Source: a virus
Lineage: Duplodnaviria; Caudoviricetes
Length of the DNA stretch: 64,000 nucleotides
IMG/VR virus record: IMGVR_UViG_3300036770_008730
Direction: 5' to 3' (one strand)
Numbering within the stretch: position 1 is the stretch's first letter; the number at the start of each line of letters is the position of its first letter. The notes beneath the pieces are model-generated. The model searched no databases, was not told the origin of the DNA, and saw only the letters and a list, made by a program, of their open reading frames with translations. Positions 37,901 to 47,181 of this stretch are shown in pieces. Position numbers and translations under genes: made by a program.

Positions 37901-39060
37901 AATACGAATGGCATCATAAATGATGCTATCATTGCATCTTTTGGACTTAATCCTTCAAATGATTTAAGGATTTTTCTTAATCCAAATGCAGCCACTGTAA
38001 ATATTGCAGCAATCATTATTGATGATATTGCTTGCATTAGTCCTATTGGTTGAACTTTACCCAATATCATTGATGACCACCATATACTAACTGATAATGA
38101 AAGAAATACAAGAGGTAACAATAAAGCTGTTTTCAAAACGGTACCCATGCTTAGTTTTTCTTTTTCAAACATACCGACTATTTTAACTAACGCTCCGCTC
38201 GCGACTGCAAATACACCCGCAATTACAATTGCGGTCAATGCTTGAGTAATTGATATTGGTGTTATCATTGATAAAACCTTAGAGGATAATGCAATACCTA
38301 TAGACATACCTATCATAATAAGTGGAAGAGCTACTGATGCTTTTAAAATCATACTCCATTCAAGAGAAGTTGTCTCAATTACTTTACCATCTGGCATTTT
38401 AACCTTGGTTGGTTTTGTCATTGCTGCTATCATATTTCCCAATGATGGTCCAATAAACATAAACATGAAACCTATAAATATAGCAGTCATTCCTTGTTGA
38501 ATTGTTATTACTGATGTTTTTGATAATAAGAATGATGATAACATTACAGCTCCTGACATTAATACCATTGCCATTGATGTGTCTATAGCTTCTTTTCTCG
38601 TTATTTTCAATTTTGCAATTTTTTCAAATGCTACTCCAATTAATACTATGGCTATTCCTAATCCAATTACAGATATAAAATCAATTTTACCAACAAGTTT
38701 GAATGCCATTCCTATAGCCAATACTGCAACTGCAATCAATAAAATGGTCGCAACTCCCTTTTTAATAGAACTTTCCTTTTTAGGATCACTTTCTAAATCA
38801 CCGGTTTTCTTATCACTTTCTTTCTTCTTAGACATTTCTAAGATAGTTTTCTGTTGCTTTAAGATTTCCTCTGTATCTTTTTTGATACCTTTTACTCCAA
38901 TATTAATTTCTTTGATTTCTTCGATGAAGTTTCCACTCTGAAGTGCTTTAGTGACATCAGAATTTTTTTCACCGCCTTTTCCTTTTTCCGCCATTAACTC
39001 ACCAATCTTTTCAAGAGCGGTCGAAAGATTGTCAAGTGCTTTGAGTAGTTGCTTATCCAT
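34915..39060 (-). CDS. Tail tape measure protein
   Basis: 1381 aa, A/G/I-rich amphipathic helical repeats with periodic W/F and long hydrophobic segments; TTTTATATATA upstream. Confidence 0.75.
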   Translation of the reverse strand: MDKQLLKALDNLSTALEKIGELMAEKGKGGEKNSDVTKALQSGNFIEEIKEINIGVKGIKKDTEEILKQQKTILEMSKKKESDKKTGDLESDPKKESSIKKGVATILLIAVAVLAIGMAFKLVGKIDFISVIGLGIAIVLIGVAFEKIAKLKITRKEAIDTSMAMVLMSGAVMLSSFLLSKTSVITIQQGMTAIFIGFMFMFIGPSLGNMIAAMTKPTKVKMPDGKVIETTSLEWSMILKASVALPLIMIGMSIGIALSSKVLSMITPISITQALTAIVIAGVFAVASGALVKIVGMFEKEKLSMGTVLKTALLLPLVFLSLSVSIWWSSMILGKVQPIGLMQAISSIMIAAIFTVAAFGLRKILKSFEGLSPKDAMIASFMMPFVFVAFSIAMWASSKFLGMVQPIGIQAFIGSIMIAALFFVLSFSIKRIATALGKMDWKDVPKIPAFFTLISLAIAASAYIFWISREFFNIEWITMLRILALGAVVGILGVIFGIATKIIGNITWKNVLLLPLFFTLITLSIAASAFILYKSQAFFQIDFITMLRILVLGAVLGILGIIFGIASKIIEKVSWGAIIKMPVFFTILAITLAISALILSKAMKFFESMSFAGLFKLLFFSVILGIAAVVIGVVAKILNTLGGPMTYLKGGLAILIIAAVITVASHILNAGKYGNYPGLKWVLGVGASLAAFGIAAFVLGLAVFGPQALIFAAGLGAILVVAGTIVAASHILIKGKYNVQGMLPWAMSVALLYGAFVPAIIALGVLGLAGGVMKFFGAEDPFEKAQKMMLQIAATIVGVSFILAKGQYKKGPTVEWATGIAIALGAFSPIYGMLMANGVMKLFGGGGIGPDDFAKAIVTVSGGIMTAAELFASPKNKGVWKKAPTKEWAEGVGTAIGAFAPVLSILSQGSIISLFGGKGVDAAAMKGAIIAISEGIVEAARYFGDPTKLKGVVWSKSYPAKEWGEGVGAALNAFAPVFAALQGKGWFTSGKEVIAEMKMGILQMSDAIVKTAQLLNGYTLGAGGVLIPGKSKPDFKNYPTKEWGQAIGTTVIQFNSLFGLLSKQKGGIAGFTLSASLMNAVFLSVTNIALMIKKAEQAFKATIPATWIGNISVTAIGYAILVKQLEALLTTTEKKTKVAGLGGLLSGKVTEQVTVTKETDVGIVARTVASLVQTAKILYTGRKFFEMKIDPNYMKNVGSNILAFAYIAQQFSKMQQGGGIGGMLKRLVGQDPISQMADGMVKIAMAYDVLARSLQRFGNALSSIDGEKVSIIRRLTGNIAVLASMDAEMFDRVMSVLESKASVFSKLIEADKKARPSVGDKKGGEQGEKKSAVTGGVVKKSKTEDQLDQIITQLKAINYNTSGIDEWLASQNFGPDMTLKL

Positions 39061-39109
39061 ACAAAACTTTTTACTTAAGGAGTATATATAAAATAAGGCT
39101 ATGTTTCTT

Positions 39110-39118
39110 TAATATATA
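39110..39118 (+). promoter_or_regulatory. TAATATATA putative late promoter (divergent TTTATATATA at 39083-39092)
   Basis: Exact motif 5 nt upstream of the ATG at 39124. Confidence 0.55.
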
Positions 39119-39123
39119 CTAAT

Positions 39124-39585
39124 ATGAAACTAACTAAGATTATTAAACATTATTTGTTGGGTAAATCCGTAAAAGAAATGGAAATGAATAGAATTTTAGA
39201 AAAAATATCAAGCAAAAAGAAGTTAAGTGACAGAGAGAAAAATTTCTTAGAACTTTATCAATCAACTCGTGATGAAGATTTAAAGGATTATGTTTATCTT
39301 TCTAAAAACTCTACTTTTTCTAAAGTAAGTCAATTACTTGAGAATGAAAAGAAGGTTATATGTGATTTGTGTGATAAAAACGGTAAAATTGGTCTACAAA
39401 TTATTTCAATAGAAAATCAATTCGAAACCGAAAAGTGTATTTTAACATTCAAAAACAAAGAAACACATTTCTTACATGATAAGTTTCTTTATAATTTAAT
39501 TTACAATGTTAAAAAAGACGAGTATTCACTTCAAGAGCAAGATGAATATTTCGAAAAAATAACAACCAAAAGTGATGAAGATTAA
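39124..39585 (+). CDS. Hypothetical protein with N-terminal DUF6576-like helix pair
   Basis: EMNRILEKISSKKKLSDREKNFL. Confidence 0.7.
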   Translation: MKLTKIIKHYLLGKSVKEMEMNRILEKISSKKKLSDREKNFLELYQSTRDEDLKDYVYLSKNSTFSKVSQLLENEKKVICDLCDKNGKIGLQIISIENQFETEKCILTFKNKETHFLHDKFLYNLIYNVKKDEYSLQEQDEYFEKITTKSDED

Positions 39586-39898
39586 AAGATTCGGAGAGTT
39601 TAATGAAGCTATTTCTGGAACTGAACTAGTAGGTAATATATCTATGGGTCCTGCTTATGGTGAAACTAGATTGCAGAATAAAACGGTTGGTAAAAGACAT
39701 ACAACTGCTGAATATTCAAAAGATTTGAATAATCCTGATTCTGGTAATACACTTACTAGTGATATTTTCTTTGATGATCAATATTCGGATATCTATAATC
39801 AATATCTTAAGAGTGGTGGTTCACAATCTGAACTTACGGATGATAGAGGTTTAAATATGAAAATTATGATGGATTTTTTACGAACATCCAATAGTTAA
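39572..39898 (+). CDS. Small protein with capsid-targeting-like leader
   Basis: MMKIKRFGEFNEA leader. Confidence 0.7.
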   Translation: MMKIKRFGEFNEAISGTELVGNISMGPAYGETRLQNKTVGKRHTTAEYSKDLNNPDSGNTLTSDIFFDDQYSDIYNQYLKSGGSQSELTDDRGLNMKIMMDFLRTSNS

Positions 39899-39930
39899 TA
39901 TATACAAATTGATAAAAACAAAAATCAAAA

Positions 39931-41265
39931 ATGAGTAAATTAATTACATTAAATGGAATAGAAGATGATTCTCTTTTAAATGAAATCTTTAACGATGAAA
40001 TTATTGTTATAGAGGATATTCAAGGTAGTAAAATTTGGGTTAATTGGAATGGTAAAGATTTTATAATCAAGCCTAAATCTATACAAAATGAGGCCATCAA
40101 TTTGGTTGATTTGGCTATGCAGAATTATTACAATCCTGCTATAAAATATTTTAATTCATTAGATGATAGAATAAAAGGCCTTTTAAATAAAAAATGGTGG
40201 TATTGCTTTGAATATTTTCCAGATAATCAACCAGCAAATATTGAATATAGTAGAGTTCCAAAAAATAACTTAGTATTGACCTTTATAAATAAAGGTGGTG
40301 GTAAATATGAGTTCAATTATGAGGAACTAGATGAATATTCTCGACTTTTTGATGTTGATATGATTCCTATTGTTTTTTATGGTAAATTATCAGATAGAAT
40401 GATAGAGGCAATAAGATACTTTATTAATACTAGCGAGGGTGATTTAGAATATGTCTTTGGTGAAAAGTCATTCGCCTTTTTCTTCTATAAGATTTTGAAT
40501 CCAAATACCAAAAACTCTTTTTTGATGGATGAAGAGAATTATCAAAAAAATGTTGAGAAGTTGATTATCAGATGTAAATCAAAAGAACTCTCTTTTGAAA
40601 TTCTTAATCCTCTTTATAAAAGAATTAGTGAGAAAACTTCAACCGAATTTGTTGAAATATACACTCTTATTTTAATAAATTTTCTTAACTTCTGTCAATC
40701 TGTTAATTTAGAACAGATTAAACTTAAAGGTCAAAAAAGAGATGAACTTTATCTATTTCTTATATCTAAGCTTTATAATATTTATGTTTCTGAAATAAAA
40801 ACAGACCTTTTACAGTTTGAATTTTCTGTTCCTGAATTCTTTGATAAAGAAAAATTCAAAATTAATAAAGAGTTGATATCAAATAAACTAACTAAAGAAT
40901 TTATTGAAGAAGATCCTAAACTAGAATATATCTACAAAGTTATACTTGGATCTCTAAATAAGAAAAAGAAAAAACCTATTGGTCTTTTTACAGATAATAC
41001 AGTTTCTCTTTTTAATCAATTTGTAGATTCCATATCAAAATACATAGATGAATATTTGAACAAAATTCAAGAGGTTGAATTAACACGTTCTGGATTATTA
41101 GATTTCGAAGATTTCTTTGATATTCAATATGATAAAGATTCAGAAGGTGAGGTTTATCCAGATGTTTATTCAGAATTTGGAAAAGAAGAATCCGAAACAA
41201 AGAAAAAGAAAGGTAAGGGTGGTAAAATGACTGGAGGACCTTCAAAAGAATCTTCTACTAAATAA
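39931..41265 (+). CDS. RNA-ligase-fold protein with degenerate motif I (possible pseudoenzyme)
   Basis: IEDIQGS in place of EKxDGS; CFEYF, IPIVFYG and VEKLIIR at the positions of motifs III/IIIa/IV; TAATATATA at 39896. Confidence 0.45.
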   Translation: MSKLITLNGIEDDSLLNEIFNDEIIVIEDIQGSKIWVNWNGKDFIIKPKSIQNEAINLVDLAMQNYYNPAIKYFNSLDDRIKGLLNKKWWYCFEYFPDNQPANIEYSRVPKNNLVLTFINKGGGKYEFNYEELDEYSRLFDVDMIPIVFYGKLSDRMIEAIRYFINTSEGDLEYVFGEKSFAFFFYKILNPNTKNSFLMDEENYQKNVEKLIIRCKSKELSFEILNPLYKRISEKTSTEFVEIYTLILINFLNFCQSVNLEQIKLKGQKRDELYLFLISKLYNIYVSEIKTDLLQFEFSVPEFFDKEKFKINKELISNKLTKEFIEEDPKLEYIYKVILGSLNKKKKKPIGLFTDNTVSLFNQFVDSISKYIDEYLNKIQEVELTRSGLLDFEDFFDIQYDKDSEGEVYPDVYSEFGKEESETKKKKGKGGKMTGGPSKESSTK

Positions 41266-41310
41266 TTTCTAACTTACTAAAACATAAATTTTATTCTCTA
41301 TATAAAATCT

Positions 41311-42552
41311 ATGAGTCAAGCTTCAGTAGTCAAATTATCAGAATTATCAAATTACACACATTTAACAAAAAATATTGAAGAAAAGAAGTCTATATTACAA
41401 TTTTTGCCTAAATGTCTTGATACTATATCCAGTACAAAACATATTAACCATAATGGGCAAAAGTTAAAAACCGCCTATATTATTGATATTGTTCATAATT
41501 TAGTCTTAAAATACTATTTTAGAAAAGAAAATAAATTTAATCTTTCATCTATTATTCTAAAAGAAAAATATGGATATCTTTATAATTATTATATTGATTA
41601 TTTGGTCTCTAAAAATATTTTGATTCTAATATCTAAACACCTTAAAGGTAAAAGTTCAAGAGTTTACTCTATATATGATACAATTCTCAAAGGTGAAATT
41701 AATAGATTTATTAATGAGGATAAGGTTATCCTTAAAAAATATAAACAGAAAATAAACCAATTATCATTTGAGGATGTTGTTCCTGAAATGAGTCTAATAG
41801 AACCTCAAATAAAATTAAAACTAATAGATGATTTATTCAGTGTTAAAATAGAATTTGATAGGTCTATTTTTTATCTCGAAAATCTAAAAAATGATGATAT
41901 TGACTTATACAATAGGAATAGATATTCCGTTGAATGTATAAATGGTAATCACATTTTTTATCATTTTGATAACTACGGCAGAATGCACACTAATTTTACT
42001 ATTTTGAAGTCATTTATTAGAAAAAATTGCCTACTTATAGATAATGAAGAAACATTTGAGATTGATATAAAAAATAGTCAACCCCTATTCCTTGCTAAAT
42101 TAATAGAAATTTCATCAACTAAGTGGGTTAAAAAAGAAGAGTTTGAGTTATTTAAATATCTTACATTAAATGGAAAATACTATGAATATCTTCAGAATGC
42201 ATTCTCTATATCAGAAAAAAAAGAAGTCAAAGAGTTGACTTATAAAGTTTTATTCGGTAGAAATAATGTTAATAGTAAATCTGATAAATTATTTTCTTCT
42301 ATTTTTCCAACAATACACAATTTTATAAAATTGTATAAAAAGGAAAATGGTGACTATAGAATTTTAGCTTATGATCTACAAAAAGCTGAAAGTAATTTGA
42401 TTTTCAATAAAATAATAAATTCAATAATGAATTCACATCCAGAAATCAAAGTTATAACGGTACATGATAGCATCATTGTTGCTAAAAAAAATCGACAAAC
42501 AGTTCAAGCCATATTTCATACAAAATTATTTGAAGAATTCGGTCTTATCTAA
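41311..42552 (+). CDS. Stand-alone family-A/T7-RNAP-superfamily polymerase-like protein (TV-Pol-like), no exonuclease
   Basis: YGRMHT, motif A EIDIKNSQP, motif B KELTYKVLFG, QKAES, motif C TVHDSII. Confidence 0.6.
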   Translation: MSQASVVKLSELSNYTHLTKNIEEKKSILQFLPKCLDTISSTKHINHNGQKLKTAYIIDIVHNLVLKYYFRKENKFNLSSIILKEKYGYLYNYYIDYLVSKNILILISKHLKGKSSRVYSIYDTILKGEINRFINEDKVILKKYKQKINQLSFEDVVPEMSLIEPQIKLKLIDDLFSVKIEFDRSIFYLENLKNDDIDLYNRNRYSVECINGNHIFYHFDNYGRMHTNFTILKSFIRKNCLLIDNEETFEIDIKNSQPLFLAKLIEISSTKWVKKEEFELFKYLTLNGKYYEYLQNAFSISEKKEVKELTYKVLFGRNNVNSKSDKLFSSIFPTIHNFIKLYKKENGDYRILAYDLQKAESNLIFNKIINSIMNSHPEIKVITVHDSIIVAKKNRQTVQAIFHTKLFEEFGLI

Positions 42553-42569
42553 TTTAATATATAATAAGT

Positions 42570-43109
42570 ATGCTAGAATTAGAAAAACCTAATGCTTGTT
42601 TTGCTATTATCTCATCTCAAAAATTGAATGATATAATATCTGTTTTATATGCAAAAGAATATCAAATCATTCCAATCCAAGGTTACTATCACGGTCAATA
42701 TGAAGACTCCGTAATCGCCTTTGGTAGAGTCGATAATGATACTTTAAGACAGGATATACTTCAATTATTAAATATTTTTCATCAGGATTGTGCAATAATC
42801 AAATACTTAGGAGAAACAGGTGCTAAAAAGTTATTTAGCGATGGTCAAGAGAAACCACTTGGTATAGTAATGTATAATACGGATTCTGATAATATTTCCT
42901 ATCTTTATAACGGAACTTCATTTTCATTTGTGGAATCGGTAAGATATTGGAAGCCAACTAAAAAGGAAGATTTTAGAATTGGAATGTTAGTTGAATACTT
43001 TAATAATAATAAATGGTATCAAAAAGAAGTTAAGAATCCAAACGAAGATTATGAGAAATTCTTCAAGCTATTAATTAAGTATGATAAATTAAGAGTTGTT
43101 GCTAAATAA
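42570..43109 (+). CDS. Probable SAM lyase (T3 SAMase-like) with C-terminal KOW-like extension
   Basis: FAIISS, QGYYHGQYEDSV and FHQDCAII match the recalled T3 SAMase pattern; TAATATATA at 42555. Confidence 0.5.
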   Translation: MLELEKPNACFAIISSQKLNDIISVLYAKEYQIIPIQGYYHGQYEDSVIAFGRVDNDTLRQDILQLLNIFHQDCAIIKYLGETGAKKLFSDGQEKPLGIVMYNTDSDNISYLYNGTSFSFVESVRYWKPTKKEDFRIGMLVEYFNNNKWYQKEVKNPNEDYEKFFKLLIKYDKLRVVAK

Positions 43110-43839
43110 TATTAAACCAGTTTATTTGTCTTTCCCAGTTAGGTGTAAATCCTAAATAATATCTCATTTCATTTATAGAGTTTACTAAATTTATTCCTAT
43201 ATTAGGTTGATTTTCAACTCTCATTACTATCACTTTATTTGGAGATATTTTATTTGTTGGAATTAAATCCATACCCATCATACTACCTTGTGATATACCT
43301 TTTTGTTGTAAAATAAAAGGATTTCTAATTTTTAGTATTTGCCAAGCTTCTAGTCCCAAAATAACTGTTTTAGCTGGACCCAATCTACTTTTCATAGATA
43401 CATGATGACTTAGTTGATTAATTTTACTACTAATACTTTGTGATAAAGATTCTAAATCACTTATTCTATTTACATCACCTAGTTGAGATTTAGTAGATGT
43501 TTGATTTTCTAATTCTCCCAATATATCATTGAGTATATCAGATGGATCTAAATAATTTTTCGCATTTAGTGTTATTGTCTTTACTACTGGTTGAATAGAT
43601 GACGGATATTCTGAAAAATCTAATGATGGTGTGTTATAATCATCAATGGCTTTTTCTTCTGTATTATTAAGTAGAGCATCAATTCTATTGTCTCTCTTTT
43701 TTCTTTTGTAGGAGGCAAGCCATTCCTCATTAGTGGTCTCTATCATATCCATATAGGTGAGTTGAGCCAACTTTTGATTTTTGGATTTGTTTTCTACATA
43801 GTTAGAAACCAATTTGATATCATCCAATGATACTTTCAT
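43102..43839 (-). CDS. Protein containing a T4 gp23/gp24-like capsid P-domain fragment
   Basis: VSMKSRLGPAKTVILG and GSMMGMDLIPT..NKVIV resemble the gp23 TRRGxGNxII and GTLxGxxVY motifs. Confidence 0.4.
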   Translation of the reverse strand: MKVSLDDIKLVSNYVENKSKNQKLAQLTYMDMIETTNEEWLASYKRKKRDNRIDALLNNTEEKAIDDYNTPSLDFSEYPSSIQPVVKTITLNAKNYLDPSDILNDILGELENQTSTKSQLGDVNRISDLESLSQSISSKINQLSHHVSMKSRLGPAKTVILGLEAWQILKIRNPFILQQKGISQGSMMGMDLIPTNKISPNKVIVMRVENQPNIGINLVNSINEMRYYLGFTPNWERQINWFNII

Positions 43840-44587
43840 ACTTATTCTTCATTCCTATTTTTTGGGATGAATTTATAGTTACTTTCATTAAATCTTCTTT
43901 GGACATTTCTGCTAATTTATTTAGCAATTGTAAATTTCTTTGATATAATTTCATGTCTGGTGCTGGTCTGTTATGATGTAAATGATAGCATTTGTATGGA
44001 AGTTCCATATAGTTTAAATAATGTTTAACTTTTATTGATACAAAATCATCTTCTCCTCCCCATCCGATAAAATCTTCATTCCAACCTCCAATTTTTTGAA
44101 TAGCGTCTCTTCTGAATAAACAGATACCTCCACATAATGGGACTTTCTGATGGTCAGTTTCGCCTCTACCTGGTCTAGAGATTTGTAAAATTTTATCTAG
44201 TGGTAGATTTGATTCTTGTGGCTCTAAATCAACAACTGATTTGTATGGATTTACCATTTCATAGTCAGACATCAATTTTAGTGCTTCAATTAGATGATTT
44301 GGATCCATTATTAAGTCTGAATCAGCATAAACAATTATATTTGATTTAGCTTGTTTCATTGCGATATTGAATGCCCAAGATTTGTTATAAGGAGCCTGAC
44401 TTTTAAGAAAAATATGTTTTGCTTTTAAATTTAAGTGAGAAATTTTGGAGTGTTTATCTTGTTCAATAAGAAGAACTTCAACGCCTCCGAATCCGTTAAT
44501 CCAATCTAAAACTCTTCTTAGGTTATTAAGTCTATCTGGAATGTGTCTGTATCCTATTACATAGGTGAATGAATATGGTTGTACCAT
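43820..44587 (-). CDS. Glycosyltransferase (GT-A; GT2/GT7 galactosyltransferase-like)
   Basis: YADSD (DxD), GGWNEDFIGWGGEDD, YHLHH. Confidence 0.85.
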   Translation of the reverse strand: MVQPYSFTYVIGYRHIPDRLNNLRRVLDWINGFGGVEVLLIEQDKHSKISHLNLKAKHIFLKSQAPYNKSWAFNIAMKQAKSNIIVYADSDLIMDPNHLIEALKLMSDYEMVNPYKSVVDLEPQESNLPLDKILQISRPGRGETDHQKVPLCGGICLFRRDAIQKIGGWNEDFIGWGGEDDFVSIKVKHYLNYMELPYKCYHLHHNRPAPDMKLYQRNLQLLNKLAEMSKEDLMKVTINSSQKIGMKNKYESIIG

Positions 44588-44776
44588 TTTGAATATTATT
44601 TTTTATTTATATATCATGTATATTTGTTTGTTTAAATAAATAAAAAGGGTATATAACAATTAATTTGTAATATATAAAAAGAATTGAAAATAATAGTAGT
44701 GATTTTAGATATTATTGTATAGGTTTAATTTTACAAACTATTAATTCTTCAAATTTTGAGGTATGAGGAACTGGTT

Positions 44777-45664
44777 ATGAATATATTAGTAGGTAATAAT
44801 GGATTTTCCTATCCAGGTGGTAGTGAGACATATAATTTTTCACTCATAGAGTCTTTTGTTAAAAAAGGTCACAATGTAGTTGCTATAGCCAAGAATGGAC
44901 CGGGTATGGTTTCAAAAAAATTAAATGAAATAGGTGTTGAAGTTTATTTTGGTGAAATTGATGGATGTTTTGATATTTGTCTACTCTCTCACTCCACTAG
45001 TATAGAGCTTGCTAAGAGAGTTAAGGGATTTAAAGTGCAGACTTGTCATGGTGTTTATCCTTCTTTGGAACAACCGGTAAAGGGTATGGATGCTTATGTT
45101 TCAATAAGTGAGGAAGTTCAAGAACACTTAAATAAAAAAGGTTATGTGTCATTAGTGATTAGAAATGGTGTAAATCATGATAGATTTTATTCAAAAAAAC
45201 CAATTAATAGAGAATTGAAAGTGGTTTTGTCATTAGCACAGAGTGATGAGGCTAATGAAATTATACAGAAGTGTTGTTCTTTAATTGGATGTGAGTTGAT
45301 AACATTGAATAAATTTAAAGAAAGAAAATGGAATGTAGAAGATGTAATTAATGAGAGTGATTTAGTTATATCTCTTGGTAGAGGTGCCTATGAATCCATG
45401 GCTTGTGGTAGAAACTTAGTTATATTTGATAAGAGAAATTATATGGAATCAGTTGGTGATGGTTTTGTAACTGGTGATAATGTTACTGATTATATAAAAA
45501 ACAATTGTAGTGGAAGATTTAGTAACATTAAATATGATTATCGTCTATTGGCTGATGAAGTTAGTAAGTATGATGCTAAGTATGGTGACCAATTGAAGAA
45601 TTTTTCACTTAATGAGTTGAATATAGATAATCAATCTGAAAAATATTTAAATATTCTAAAATGA
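44777..45664 (+). CDS. Glycosyltransferase (GT-B, GT4-like)
   Basis: GGSETY, IRNGVNHDRF, DLVISLGRGAYESMACG; ATG at 44777 is preferred over the TTG at 44756; TAATATATA at 44668. Confidence 0.8.
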   Translation: MNILVGNNGFSYPGGSETYNFSLIESFVKKGHNVVAIAKNGPGMVSKKLNEIGVEVYFGEIDGCFDICLLSHSTSIELAKRVKGFKVQTCHGVYPSLEQPVKGMDAYVSISEEVQEHLNKKGYVSLVIRNGVNHDRFYSKKPINRELKVVLSLAQSDEANEIIQKCCSLIGCELITLNKFKERKWNVEDVINESDLVISLGRGAYESMACGRNLVIFDKRNYMESVGDGFVTGDNVTDYIKNNCSGRFSNIKYDYRLLADEVSKYDAKYGDQLKNFSLNELNIDNQSEKYLNILK

Positions 45665-46359
45665 GAGTAGTTATATTAATATTATCTAAACAAGATGATA
45701 TTTTATATTCTAAATTAGAGAGTTCAATTAGATCAACTTGGGGTAATTATTTATCCGATAATATTGATATTTTTTACTATTATGGTAGCTCTGATGAATT
45801 CAAAGTGGTAGATGATAAAATATATTCAAAACATACAGATTCAATTATAAATATTGGCTATAAAACAATAGATGCTTTTGAATACTTATATAATAATATA
45901 GAATTTAATTATTTGTATAGAACAAATAGTAGTAGCTATATAAATATTAAAAAGATGATGGACTTTATCAGAGAAAAGCCATTGACAAATTTTTATTCTG
46001 CTCGTGTTAATATTGAAAATAAAAGTGGTGTAAAATTTGGAAGTGGAAGCGGATATTTTATATCCAAAGATATAGTCAAGTTTGTTATAGAAAATAAAAT
46101 AAAATGGAATCATAATTTAATAGATGATGTGGCATTAGGATCTTTATTATTAAATAATGGTTTTAATTTAACTCCTTGCTCGAGATTGGATATAGATGAT
46201 ATAAAAAATGACGAGATATTCTACAACTCATCAATTGTTGATAAATCTCACTTAGATTTGAATTTTCACTTTCGTTGTAAATCTAAGGATAAAAATAGAG
46301 AAACAGATGTTAAGATAATGAGATATTTATATGATTATTTTAACTCAGGGATAAAGTAA
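45661..46359 (+). CDS. Glycosyltransferase (GT31/galactosyltransferase-like)
   Basis: TWG, KTIDAF, YLYRTNSSSYI, FGSGSGYFIS, IDDVALG. Confidence 0.65.
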   Translation: MRVVILILSKQDDILYSKLESSIRSTWGNYLSDNIDIFYYYGSSDEFKVVDDKIYSKHTDSIINIGYKTIDAFEYLYNNIEFNYLYRTNSSSYINIKKMMDFIREKPLTNFYSARVNIENKSGVKFGSGSGYFISKDIVKFVIENKIKWNHNLIDDVALGSLLLNNGFNLTPCSRLDIDDIKNDEIFYNSSIVDKSHLDLNFHFRCKSKDKNRETDVKIMRYLYDYFNSGIK

Positions 46360-47181
46360 TCTAAATGAATCATCAACTTGTTCAATTTTAAAAATTTTAG
46401 AAGACTTTGAATTGATTATTAAATCTGGATGATTTCCCCATTTTTTGAAGTTAAACTCAATAAGATTTATTTTTGAGTTTTTAACTCTATCTATTTCTAT
46501 TCTTTTTGATTCTTCTTCTTGTATATTTGGATTTAACCATCTCCAGTAACTACCTTCATATCCACTTAAATAATATTCACACATTCTCCTTCTATATGCT
46601 ATTTTCTCAATAGATTTTAAATTATTTGTGTGTATAAAAAAGTAGTTTTTATTAAGACTAGTTTTTTGTGGATAACAGTATTTAAAATCTTTGTCAAAAT
46701 TTGGATAGTCTGGATATCTTTCTGTTCTTATAAATCTTGATTTTTTTCTATTAAATAGGTAACATTCTGGTCCAAATGTCTCTTTTTCTTCTGTGTAGTG
46801 ATATATGTCACCTGATAGGTTAGGACCTGATAATATATATCCATCATATGATTCTCTATTTGATTGGCAAAATTCAAAAAGTTTGTATATATCATCATAT
46901 GCTATAAAATCAGCATCCCATCTAATTACAAAATCATTTGTTGATTTATTTAATGCAAAATTCTTTAAATCTCCTAAATTAGTTAATTTATGATCTTTAA
47001 ATTCAAATATTTTTATATTTGTATATTTTTTTGATAGTTCCTCAACTATTTGCAAAGAACCATCTGATGAATTATCATCAACATAAATTATCTCATTTAC
47101 TAATTCCACAATAGAAAGTATTGATTCCTTTATCCAATATCTTTCATTATTACAAACAATATTCGCCGATATATTATACAT
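46345..47181 (-). CDS. Glycosyltransferase (GT2)
   Basis: YVDDNSSDGS, NFAL, RWDADF. Confidence 0.8.
   Translation of the reverse strand: MYNISANIVCNNERYWIKESILSIVELVNEIIYVDDNSSDGSLQIVEELSKKYTNIKIFEFKDHKLTNLGDLKNFALNKSTNDFVIRWDADFIAYDDIYKLFEFCQSNRESYDGYILSGPNLSGDIYHYTEEKETFGPECYLFNRKKSRFIRTERYPDYPNFDKDFKYCYPQKTSLNKNYFFIHTNNLKSIEKIAYRRRMCEYYLSGYEGSYWRWLNPNIQEEESKRIEIDRVKNSKINLIEFNFKKWGNHPDLIINSKSSKIFKIEQVDDSFRLLYP

Noticed and set aside
35099-38941. Many short plus-strand ORFs opposite the tape measure (likewise antisense ORFs opposite other long genes)
   Set aside because: They are shadow ORFs arising from the codon bias of the real gene, with no motifs or promoters.
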